NCBI GenBank assembly: GCA_030390025.1
Contig: CM059431.1
Location: forward strand, 150,166,001-150,230,000
DNA: 64,000 nt
Source: Squalus acanthias
Lineage: Eukaryota
Direction of reading: 5' to 3'
Shown: piece by piece, positions 38,880 through 49,263 of the stretch
Position numbering within the stretch: position 1 is the stretch's first letter
How the letters are laid out: every line of letters starts with the position of its first letter
Notes under the pieces: generated by a model
What the model was told of the DNA's origin: nothing
The model's input: the letters and a program-made list of their open reading frames with translations, nothing else
Database searches by the model: none
Translations under genes and position numbers: made by a program

Positions 38880-40155
38880 TGATGAAAGGTGTCGGAGACA
38901 GTGCTATTAAGTGGTACTTACTCACCAATAAACTAATCACCAGCGCTCAGATTGTGTTCAGACTGGACTTCAATACAGCCTTTGTCCAAACATGGACAAA
39001 GAGCTGAATTCCAGAGCTGAGGTGAGAGTGACTGCCCTCGACATCAAGGTCACATTTGACAAAGTGTGGCATCAAGGAGCCCTAGTAAAATTGAAGTCAT
39101 TGCGAATGAGGGGGAAACTCTCTATTGGTTGGAGTCATACCTTACACAAAGGAAGATGGCTGTGGTTGTTGGAAGTCAACCAGGACAGAGAAGTGTACTA
39201 GGCACAATCATCTTCAGCTGGTTCATCAATGACCTTCGCTTCATCATAAGATCGGAACTGGGGATGTTCTCTTACGATTGCAGTGTTTACTTCCATTCGC
39301 ATCTCTTCAGATAATGAAGCAGTCCGTGCACGCATGCAACAAGACCTAGTCGTCTTTCAGGCTTGGGCTGATAAGCGGCAATAACACTCGCACCACACAA
39401 GTGGCAGGCAATGACGATCTCTAACAAGAGCCAACTGCCCGTGACTTTCAATGGCATTACCATCGCCAAATCTCCCACCAACTATATCCTGAGGAACACC
39501 ATTCACCAGATACTTAACTGGACCGAGACCAGCCACATTAAAATTGTGGCTACAAGAGCATGTCAGATCCTGGGTATTCTGCGGCGATTGTTTCACCTCC
39601 TGACACCCCAAAGCCTTTCCACCATCTACAAGGCACAAGTCAGGAGTGTGATGGAATAGTCTCCACTTGTCTGGATGAGTTGCAGCTTCAACAACACTCT
39701 AGATGCTCGACATCATCCAGGACAGAGCAGCCCGCTTGATTGGCACATTTCCACCACCTCAAACATTCAGACCTTCCACCGCCGGCGCACAATGGCTGCA
39801 GTGTGTATCATCGACTGGATACTGCAGCAACTCGCCAAGGCGTCTTCGACAGCACCACCCAAAACCACGACCTCTACCATCTAGAAGGAGAAGGGTAGCA
39901 GGCGCATGGAACATCAGCACCTAAAAGTTCCTATCCAAGTCACAGTCCGTCCTGACTTGAAAGTATGTCGCCGTTCCTTTATCGTCGCTGGGTCAAAATC
40001 CTGCAACTCCCTCCTTAACAGCACTGTGGGAGAAACGTTGCCTCACGGACTGCAGCTGTTGAAGAAGGCGGCTCAACGCCACCTTCTAAACGGCAATTAG
40101 GGATGGGCAATATTTGCTGGCCGTGCCAAACATGTCCACATCCCATGAATTGATT
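38880..40155 (+). mobile_element. LINE 3' half (CR1/L2 superclade, ALDIK..FD.VWHQG family), degraded
   Basis: VRVTALDIKVTFDKVWHQG, TIYKAQVRSVME; 3' tail GGCAATTAGGGATGGGCAA; homologous to 57480-58800. Confidence 0.85.
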
Positions 40156-40179
40156 AAAATGTAAAAAAGACAGGTGCAA

Positions 40180-40965
40180 TTTCATGCAGAGACGTGTTAA
40201 GGATAAATCTGGGAGGAAAATGAGGAAAGGCAATATAAACTATACTGTAAAATTTTAAACGCGGTGCAGGAAAAGAGACACCTGGGAGTTTACTTACAGA
40301 AGCCTTTGAAGATGGCAGTACAAATTGACAAGATTGTTAAAAAAACACATGGGATCCTTCGCTTTATAAATAGAGGCAGAGAACAAGAGCAAGGAAGTTA
40401 TGCTGAACCTTTATAAATCACTTGTTAGGCCCCGGCTGGAGTATGGTGTCCAAATCTTGGCAGCTTTAGGAAAGATGTCAAGTTCCTGGAATGGGCACAG
40501 AGGAGACTTACAACAATGGTATCAAGGATGACGGTCTTAATTTATGCGGAGAGACAAGAAATGCTGGAGTTCTTCTCCAGAGAGCACACAATATAAAAGG
40601 GAGATATATGGGAGATGTTCAAAATTATGACGGGTTTCATGGAGTAAGATAAATTCTACTGGCAGGAGGGTCGGTAACCAAAAGGCAAAGATGTAAAATA
40701 ATTATGAAAAGAACCAAAGGGATGATGAGGAGAATTTGTTCTACGCAGCGAGTTGTTATGATCTGGAATGCACTGCTTGAAAAGGTGATAGAAGCAGATT
40801 CAATAATAACCATCAACTGGGGATTAGATCAATACTGGAAGTGAGGGACTTGCAGGACTGTGGGAAAGGAAAAGGAGAGGGGCACAACTGGTATTGCTCT
40901 TTGAAAGGGCCGGCAGAGGATCGATGGACTGAATGGCCTCCTTCTGTGCTGAATGATTCTGTGAT
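40180..40965 (+). mobile_element. old degraded CR1 ORF2 3' portion
   Basis: recognisable LYKSLVRP.LEY and F.QRVV..WN.L segments plus 3' tail. Confidence 0.75.
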
Positions 40966-41194
40966 AACAGAAGCCACGGTGTCCTGCTCTCATGTGTAGA
41001 TTCGGCCTTCTGCAGTTTTTGAGCCGGATTCTAATCGTTACTTGGAATCTGATAAAGTCGACAGCGGAAAAACTAAGACAACGTGCTGGTGAGACAAGGT
41101 GTGTTGACAAATTTATAATAGAGTTCATAAAAACTGAAATCATGAAATAGTTATGAGAATAAAATAGCGGCCATGAATATAAGGTAGTCACAAA

Positions 41195-41460
41195 TAAATG
41201 CCATCAGGCATTCAGGAGAAACCTCTTTACCCAGAGAGAGGTGAGAATGTGAAACTCGCTACCACAGAGAGTGGCTGAGGTGAATCGCATTGATCCATTT
41301 AAGGGGAAGCGTGATAAACACATGAAGGAGAAAGGAATAGAAGGTTATGCTGACAGTGTAAGAGGAAGGAGGAATGGGAGGAGGTTCTGTGGAACATAAA
41401 CACCGGCATGGAGCAGTTAGGCTGAATGGCCTGTTTCAGTGCTATTTATTCTGTGCAATT
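41195..41460 (+). mobile_element. CR1 3'-end fragment
   Basis: RRNLFTQR.VRM.NSLPQ-type sequence followed by GGCTGAATGGCCTGTTTC tail. Confidence 0.65.
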
Positions 41461-41869
41461 TGTTCAACTTTGCCTGGTTTCAATCAGTGAAGTAAAATCA
41501 TTGATTATAATCCTATTACATTATTTATATCTGTTTGTTCTCTGGATATCGAATCTATAGGTAACCAAGACATGGATGAGGGTTTCAGCAGAAGATGAGC
41601 TCAGGCAGGGGCGGAGACGGCCATTGTTATGGAAACTGAAATCACGATGGAGACTAACCGTGACACCTCCCACGTTTCAATAGCAACACTCAGCACTGAC
41701 TCCTAAGGAACTGCCAGAGGAGGCCGGACGCCAGTGAGAGACAAAACGTTCCAGGGTGAACAGAAGGAGTTTTGTAATAACAGAAGTGATCAACACAAAC
41801 ACTGTCTCAGATTAATGGTCAGGTATTTGATAAATTAGGAATGACAACCATCTTAGTTTAAACTGCTCC

Positions 41870-42325
41870 CCTGGCAGGTACAGCACGGGGTTAGATACAG
41901 ACTAAAGCTCCATCTACACTGTCCCATCAAACACTCCCCGTGCAAGTACCGCATGGGTTACTTCTAGATTAAATCTCCCTCTACACTGCACCATTATCTG
42001 TGTATAAAGTGCTCAGTACCACAGCGTGAGTGAGATCAGGCTAACACAGCACAGCCCTGGGATGGAGCCTTGGGCTTTCCTTTTCTGTGTCTGTGTGGGG
42101 TTCAGTACCACAGCGGGTGAGATAAGGCTAACTCAGCACAGGCCGCGAACGGAGTCTGGGGCTTTTCTGATCTGTGTCTGTGTGGGGCTCAGTACCACAG
42201 CGGTGGAAAAAGGCTAACTCAGCACCAGCCGGGGATAGAGCCTGGGCCTTTCCTGCCCTGTGTGTCTGTGCGGCTCAGTATCACACCGGGTGTGAGATCA
42301 GGCTAACTCAACACAGGCCGGGCTG
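41870..42325. repeat. two short tandem arrays (~65-bp unit x2; ~80-bp unit x4)
   Basis: CCCTCTACACTG-type word repeated; TCAGTA(C/T)CACA..AGGCTAAC(A/T)CA recurs about every 80-90 bp. Confidence 0.7.
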
Positions 42326-42699
42326 GATCCTGTACATTTCCCAACGATCACTGCCTCCCCTCTCTCAGTGATGCCCCTGCCTGGATTGCTCAGCTCCAGT
42401 CTCTGTCGGATCAGTGTCGAGATATCAATTCCTGCTTCTGTCGTCCCAGTGGATTGAAATTAATCCTCTTTCTTCCTGGTACCTCTCTACTGTCCTTCCA
42501 AAAAGTTGCTGCTGTTTTGTTGGCAGGAGCTCAGCTCTGTGACATTATTGGAGATAGTAAATCTGAGATCACATCCAGTAGTAACGCAAATTCTGTTTAA
42601 GAACCATGAACAGCTCAATGGGCCCACAGCACACAGAATTTTACAAAACCAAGAGGGAAACACATCTCCCTCTGTCTAAAATCTGCCTCTGACTTCGCG

Positions 42700-43090
42700 T
42701 TTGTCTGCTATCATCTATCTCTCCTCTATGTCTGTCAACCACTCTCTCTCCCTATCTATATCTATGAGAAGTCGCACAACACCAGGTTATAGTCCAACAA
42801 ATTTATTTAAAATTACAAGCTTTCGGAGCTGTCGCCCCTTCTTCAGGTAGGGTATCTATATCTAGTAATCTCTCCTCTCTCTCTAGCTCCATCTATCTCG
42901 CCTTTATATCTGTCACCCTCTCTCTCTCCCTATCTGTACATAATAATCTCTACTATTTCTATCTCCATCTATCTCTCCTTTATCTCCGTCACCCTATCGC
43001 TCCCTATCTTTATTGATTAATCTCTCCTCTCTCTATTTCCATTTATATCTCCTCTCTATTTCTGTCACTTTGTCCATCTTCCTCTCTCCG
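42700..43090. repeat. CT-rich low-complexity/degenerate tandem tract
   Basis: CCATCTATCTCTCC..TATCTGTCACCCTCTCTC-type words repeated. Confidence 0.75.
42765..42852 (-). mobile_element. short Penelope-like 3'-end insertion with intact hammerhead core (42814-42849)
   Basis: TSD TATCTATATCTA (42753-42764, 42853-42864); minus strand UAC-CUGAAGA-A-GGGGC(GACA)GCUCC-GAAA-GCUU-GUA. Confidence 0.85.
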
Positions 43091-43655
43091 AAGGAGATTG
43101 ACAGGATAGGTGCTGAAAGGTTGTTTCGCCTGGCTGGAGTGTCTAGAACTAGGGGTTATAAACTCAGAATAAGGGGTAGGCCATTTAAGATTGAGATGAG
43201 GAGGAATTTCTTCACACAGTGAGTTGTGAATTTTTGTAATTATCTGACCCAGAGGACGTTGGATGCTGAGTCTTTAAGTATGTTCAAGGCTTTGATAGAT
43301 AGATTTTTGCACTCTAGGGGAATCAAAGGTATGGCGATTGGAGTTCAGTTCCGCACTCCATTGGATGTTGCAGCTGACAATCATACACGTATTCAAGCAC
43401 TGTAATAATTTTGTATGTTTCAATGATAACACCACTCATTCTTCTAAACTCTAGAGAATATAGATATAGTCTACTCAATCTCTCCTCATAGGACAACTCC
43501 CCCATCCCAGGAACCAGTCTGGTGAACCTTCATTACACTCCCTCTTTGACAAGTATATCCTTCCTTAGGTAAGGAGAACAAAACTGTACACAATACTCCA
43601 GGTGTTGTCTCACCAGGGCACTATATAACTGTGTAAAGACGTCTTTACTCTTTTA
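43090..43655. mobile_element. two CR1 3' fragments, (+) ~43090-43340 and (-) ~43400-43655
   Basis: SRTRGYKLRIRGRPFKIEMRRNFFTQ (+); LSYEERLSRL.LYSLEFRRM (-). Confidence 0.8.
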
Positions 43656-44089
43656 CCACTTAGAGCACACAGCACACCTACCGGTCATTGGCCCAGAGCG
43701 TGTCCCAAAGTTCGAACCAAACATTTACGCAAAAACTGACAGCCAAACAGATGAAGCTCTCGCCCACCCCGCCCCCAACTGCACTGTATCCCGCGCTCTC
43801 TGCAGCCGCTGGCGCTCTGGCCATTGTTCTGCGCCCCCCGCCCCCGGCCCAGCTCTCCACATACCTGTGAATGTGACTGCGCGGGGCCTTGCAGATGGCT
43901 ACGCGACCGTGCATCCGCACACCTTCGCGGGAACATTGATGCAACCTCGAATTAATGTAAATAATTGTGAAAGTCAGGGAAGTGTCGTAAATTGATAGAC
44001 TTTCTGTTGGAGATGTTTATGACATTGCCTATACTGAACAATAAGAAAACTGAATTTTATAGCCTGGCCCCTACCCGAGATATCGGAAC

Positions 44090-45285
44090 TGTAGGCTTCG
44101 CAAAATCCCCCAGAAACTCGAACAGAGCCCTAAAGGGAGTGAGTTTTGGACTTTTCATACAAACTTCAGATGATGGGGCCTAAGTGAAGTGATTTGATGT
44201 AAAAACCTATAGATCATGGAAGAAAAACCTGAGGAAAATGATTTTTTAAAAATTCTGATTGTTGGGAGAGACATTTTTTTCACAGACACAAGCTGCGAGG
44301 GGCTGGGCCGGTCAGTGAACAGATCAAGCTGCCTGGGAATTGTTTGAGTCAAAGCAAAACTCACAAACACATTCAAATTTGGATCCCCAGGGGCAAACAA
44401 GATGCTGGAAATCTAAAAACGATTCAATGACAATATAACTTCGATCACACAGTTTCATAGCCATTATCCCATCGAAAAAAACAATCAACCAGGTTTCCTC
44501 AGAACAGATTTAAAAGCCCGCCAACAGAAGGACAATAGGGTGGAGATTTGGCGCGTAAGTAAGGCTGTGTTTTAATGGGCCAAACGATTAACACTAAGCA
44601 AAAACCATCGGAACTGGCAAGCCCGCCAAAAACTAGACAATTGGACTAAGCAAGGTTTATTTACAATCAAAAAGGAATTCGTTTTAGTAAGGGGTTTTTG
44701 GGCGCAAAAAAGAAACAGTATAATTTGAGATTCTGTGCCATAATTTCTCTCTTTTTCGGACTGAATGACGACGCGGACACAGCTCTCTCCCTGCTCCAGC
44801 AAAAATTACCTCAAGCTACGAGGAAGAAGGCCAGAAGACAAGCACACAAGAAGATACCAGAGTGACTGCCTCAGTGACCATCAGACACCTCGCAGCAACA
44901 AGGGCATAACGGAGTCCTTTTAAACAAAAGACTCTAATATCCTGTCAAGGATTCGTTGGTGAGCATTATCCCTGATCTCCTGAAACCTAAAACCTAGCCA
45001 GATAGTGGGATCTTTGGGAGGGATAAGTTTTTGTTTGATATATTGTCATTTCCCTCGCTTGTACCGTGTGTTCCCCGAATCTGTGTTGAAGTAATAAGTG
45101 TGTTTCAAGTGTGTTACCTTTTTCCTTTAATAAAGTAAAATTCTTTCATCAGAACCTGTTTACTGCAATTTTGTTCACAATCCCTAAATAAGCCCAAAGT
45201 CAAGGAACCGGAGGGGTGTTGGAGCGATTCGAACCGCTCACTGTGTCAGAAAGCGAAGGCTGACCCCATCAATATACCCCTTACA
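44090..45285 (+). repeat. 5' LTR (1196 bp)
   Basis: direct repeat of 51859-53029; TG..CA ends; AATAAA ~45129; possible TATA-like ATTTAAAA ~44507. Confidence 0.95.
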
Positions 45286-45289
45286 TAAA

Positions 45290-45307
45290 TGGCGACCGTG
45301 GCAGGAG
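45290..45307 (+). promoter_or_regulatory. primer-binding site, tRNA-Arg(TCG)-like
   Basis: TGGCGACCGTGGCAGGA starts 4 nt after the LTR; complement of the recalled tRNA-Arg 3' end TCCTGCCGCGGTCG-CCA with 1 mismatch. Confidence 0.75.
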
Positions 45308-45489
45308 TTTGGCGAAAGGGTTGTGAAGCAGTAAATGCTGGTTTTGAGGAGAGAACAAAAATGGAAGAGAGGATGTCATCCTATGTATATAAAAAAGTAA
45401 ATATCACCAAGAAATGGGTCCTCAGGCTGTTGCATGCTGAACGTCCCATGGACGCTGCAGCTGCATGGACTGAGAGCAAGGAATACAAT

Positions 45490-46232
45490 GGGCCGAAAAT
45501 TGATCCCGGGAAGCGAGAGTACGCACTGTGTACTCTCGCGTATTCCCACTCCAATTGCCGGTGTTCTGCATGCCCTGCGCATGCGCTGAAAACCGGCAAT
45601 TGCTCTTCTGAAAAGGGGGCGGGTCCTGGGTGCATCGCGTGCGCGCTACAGGCTGCGCGCACGCTGTGCACTTCATGCTTTGGACGCGCAGGTAAGTAGG
45701 GAAGATTTTGGAAATGTAAAAAGGAGGAGTAAGAGTCGCTTTTAAGAAGGTAAGTAGTGAATTAAGTATTTTTTTGAATTTTTTTTTACAGGTATATCTT
45801 TTTTAGAGACTTTAAAGACAGGTAAGTTTATTTTTATAACTTTTTAAAAGATTTTAAATTTTTTCAAAAATTTAACTTTTTATTTAAAATGGTTAATTTA
45901 ATTAACTATACTTATTTTATTAATGTGATGTTTTTTTTTTAAATTTAATTGAGGTTTAGCTGTTATTTTGGGGGAGTGTAAGATTCATAGATTTCACAGC
46001 AGGTCTGTGAAACTTATGAATGGAAGATGGTGTGTTGCCATTGGCTCTAACTGAGTCACGTGATCCCACAGCGCGCACGAATTCACTACGCCGCTGGGAT
46101 AAGCAAGCCCAGCACAGCTGATGTCTGGAACATCAAGTTCGTGCGAGCTGCATCTGAAAAAGCACAAGCGAGGTGAGACTTCGCGGGGAAGGCTTACCCC
46201 CGCGGGAACAGAGCGAGATCAATTTCTGGGCC
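45490..46232 (+). mobile_element. Harbinger-like MITE, copy 2, inserted in gag
   Basis: imperfect 19-bp TIR GGGCCGAAAATTGATCCCG / CGAGATCAATTTCTGGGCC; 3-bp TSD AAT (45487-45489, 46233-46235). Confidence 0.85.
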
Positions 46233-47839
46233 AATAAGTCTGTGGATAAAGCCATATGGTTGGTCTGCTCCCAGAAACAAATGCAGCTTATGGGAAGTGT
46301 ATTCAGGCTCTCACAGAAGAGCTAAAGAAAGAAAGCCAACTGTCCCGTGCCAGAGCTGTAGCAGGAGATAGATTGTTAGCAGAGCTCGGCCCAAAAGATC
46401 AGGAACAGTCACAGATGCTGGAGGAACACCGTGCCAGTAAGGGATACCTCCAGTATCAGTCCACCGAGGCCAAAAGTAGTGAACTGGCATTGCGGGAACA
46501 GAACACCCGCCTTGCCAAGCAATTAAGGGAACTCACAATGAAGTTAAACGATGTTCAGGCAGCCTATAGAATAGCCAGTAAAAGGGAGTTTGAGGTAGGG
46601 GACCACGGCCCCTCTCAGAAGCAGATTGAGAGTCTGAACCTTGCTCTGATCAAGACAAAAGGCATGCTGTGCCTGATAAGCCCGGGTGCGGCCCAGGCAG
46701 ACCTGGTAGAGCAGGGGGAGACTGTTCGACCACCACCTGTGGCGCCAAGGAGAAGCTTGTTTAGGCAGCAGAAGGTGCAGACAATCTGTGAGGCTGACAG
46801 GGAGTGCACACCAGCACCTGTGGCGCCGAGTTTTGACTCGGTCTGGCAGCAGGGAGAGGGGGGCGAACCGATGCAGGAGAAGTCGGAGCCAGGGCCAATG
46901 TTCCCAGCACGACAGCAAAAATTCGGCCCGCACGCCGGTTGTGGAGGTCAGCGACCCCTTGAAAGTCAATTCTTGGCTCCCCACGGTACACAAGAGCTTA
47001 GGGCTATGGTAAGCCACCAGAGTAAACTTACCCAAAAGGAAGACCCCGCAGTTCACTTCATGGAGGTGGAACAATCAGCAGCCATTAACGATTGTGACGA
47101 TGCCGAAATGGCAAAATTGCTCCTGTTCTCATTAGATGGGAAATTGTACCAGTCACTCTCTAATGAGAGCAAGAGAGGACAGAACGGGTGTGCTGCCCTC
47201 AGGGAGGAAGTTTTAGAGGCCATGGGAATGAATGAGGGAAGTCCTTTCTCCCGGGTGGAGAAAAACAGTGCAGCTCGCAGGGGTGATCCCACAGGCTTTC
47301 GCAGACAGGCTGTGGCCGGTGTACATGGTTGCCTGTAATGGGGCTCTCGACAGGGCTAACCTGAACAGGGACGAGCTGGCCCACTGGCTCCGTAACCTAG
47401 TGGCAAACAGCTTGCCACGAGTCAAAGCCATGGCTCAGCTTTGGTTTGACCCAAGAGATCCCCGGGTCACCGAGGAGGCAGTGGTCTGGCAACTGACCCT
47501 AGCCTACCGGAACGGTAGGGGAGCTGAAGACACCCCACTGAAAGGGATGGTGTATGAGATAAAGCCCAGTCAGGATAAGAAGGAGTGGGACCTGGAAGGT
47601 GGTAAACCTTCAGACATGAAGCGTAACTGCTTCGGGTGCGGGAAGAGTGGGCACTGGAGAAAGGACTGTAGAAATCCCTGGAAGGATATGCTGACAAAAA
47701 ATTCCCCAGCTTTTGCCCCAAAAGTAGAGGCACTGACCTCTTCCCCCACACTGGACACAATAGTAGCGGCCATCAGAGTCCTGTTTGGTGGCCCAGGGAA
47801 GGTAGCTACTGGTGCATTAATCCCATCAGACCCCCCCTA

Positions 47840-48290
47840 ATGCAGACCTATGACTGGAACCAGCGCAGCCTGTCTACCTGTGTTCCCCTGGGATACGATG
47901 TGAAGAAGGGGGTGGAGAAAGTGCAGGGGAGATGTTTGGTGGACACCGGAGCCGCCAGCACGGTGGTCCATTCGGCAGACCTGACCAATTCACTCAGGTC
48001 TAGCGGGGTCCCGTACAGTTTAATGGGAATCACAGGGAACAAGCAGGCTGGGGCCATATCCAAACCTTTGGACATAGATTTAGGATCCCTCCATACCACG
48101 TGGGAGGGTAACCAAAAGGCCGACAAGTTGGCCAAGCAGGGGGCCAGTGAAGAAGAGTTATGGGATCCCTATAATGCAGGTCAGGTAGCTGCAATCCGGG
48201 ACAAGGGAGGCACACAGGGGAGAGCTTAGCCCCCGGACTTAAAGCAGGTCCAAGCCCAGCATCCCGTCTTTAAGTCCGGCCTGGTAGAGA
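47840..48290 (+). pseudogene. pol: pol remnant: aspartic protease fused directly to RNase H C-terminus
   Basis: CLVDTGAASTVV (retropepsin DTG), then ..HTTW|EGNQKADKLAKQGA (GN..AD..A RNase H motif) and DLKQVQAQHP; no YxDD, HHCC or DD35E seen. Confidence 0.82.
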
Positions 48291-49263
48291 GAGTGAGGGG
48301 AGTCCCTCGGAGGTCCTTTCAGGGCAGAGGACCAGATTTTTAAACAGAATCACTGGCAAGCAGCCAGTAACCTGGGGAGCCAGCACCAGAAAGATAGGCT
48401 GCTGTTAGAACCCCAGAGAACTCACGAGTGGGAGATTGACCAGTGCAAACTGTTTAAACCTAAAAGGGAACAGCCGGCAAAGGTGGATTGCCCCCAAGTT
48501 AGAAATCCGCAGCCAGCCACAACTGTGGCAGACGCACAAGCTGCAGCGGGAGGGACAGTGTGTTGTCTCACAGGAGAGGTCACTCCACCGATTATGTGGG
48601 GCTCAAGCACACCCCCAGTGGCCAGAGCCCTAAGAAGGTCTCCCCGCACACCACAGCAAAGGCTACTGTGGCAACAGGTGTATCTGTTAAGAGGGTCCCA
48701 CCCAAAGAGGGTTGCAATCCGAAGAAGGGCGCCCAAGAGCAGGGAGCGTTCTAAAGTTGGGGATTCCCAGCCTACAGCCTCCAACAGTGAGGGTTTCACA
48801 GGAGAGGTAGTACTGGAAGGAGAGAGAGAGAAGGGTCCCCCGCCCACAGCCTCAGGCTGGGAGGAGCCCACAGATATGAACGAGGGCGCTGCAAACACAC
48901 CAAAGTGGGTAGTGTGCTGCAGCACAGGACGCAGCTGGGATGTTAAGATACCCCCAGCGGATTTGAGGAAGGCCTTCTGGGTCTGCGGTACAGGCCGCAC
49001 GACACCCAGGTGTACAAGCCATCCAGAGGCCGCATAAGGCAGAGACTAAACAGAATTTAACCTGGCCGCCCGGAGACGGGCGGCAAATGAACATAAATTT
49101 GGGTTTTTAAGTAATTGCAGTTTTGGTGGTTTTGAGTTATCATTAGTTTCGTTGTTTGTAGAGTTTTTTTTAAGTTTAAGGGCTTGATTGATTATCCAGC
49201 CGGAGAACCTTTCTGGGACATGGACATATGTTTTGTGTGTGCCCCTACAGAAAGGACTTCGGG

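Larger units (their letters stand above)
45289..47840 (+). pseudogene. gag: gag-like ORF (coiled coil, Pro-rich linker, capsid-like region, CCHC knuckle), split by a MITE and frameshifts
   Basis: heptad-rich ALTEELKKE..LAKQLRELTMKLNDVQ; PPPVAPRR; QLAG..PQAFADRL; CFGCGKSGHWRKDC; frameshifts ~46265 and ~47265. Confidence 0.85.
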
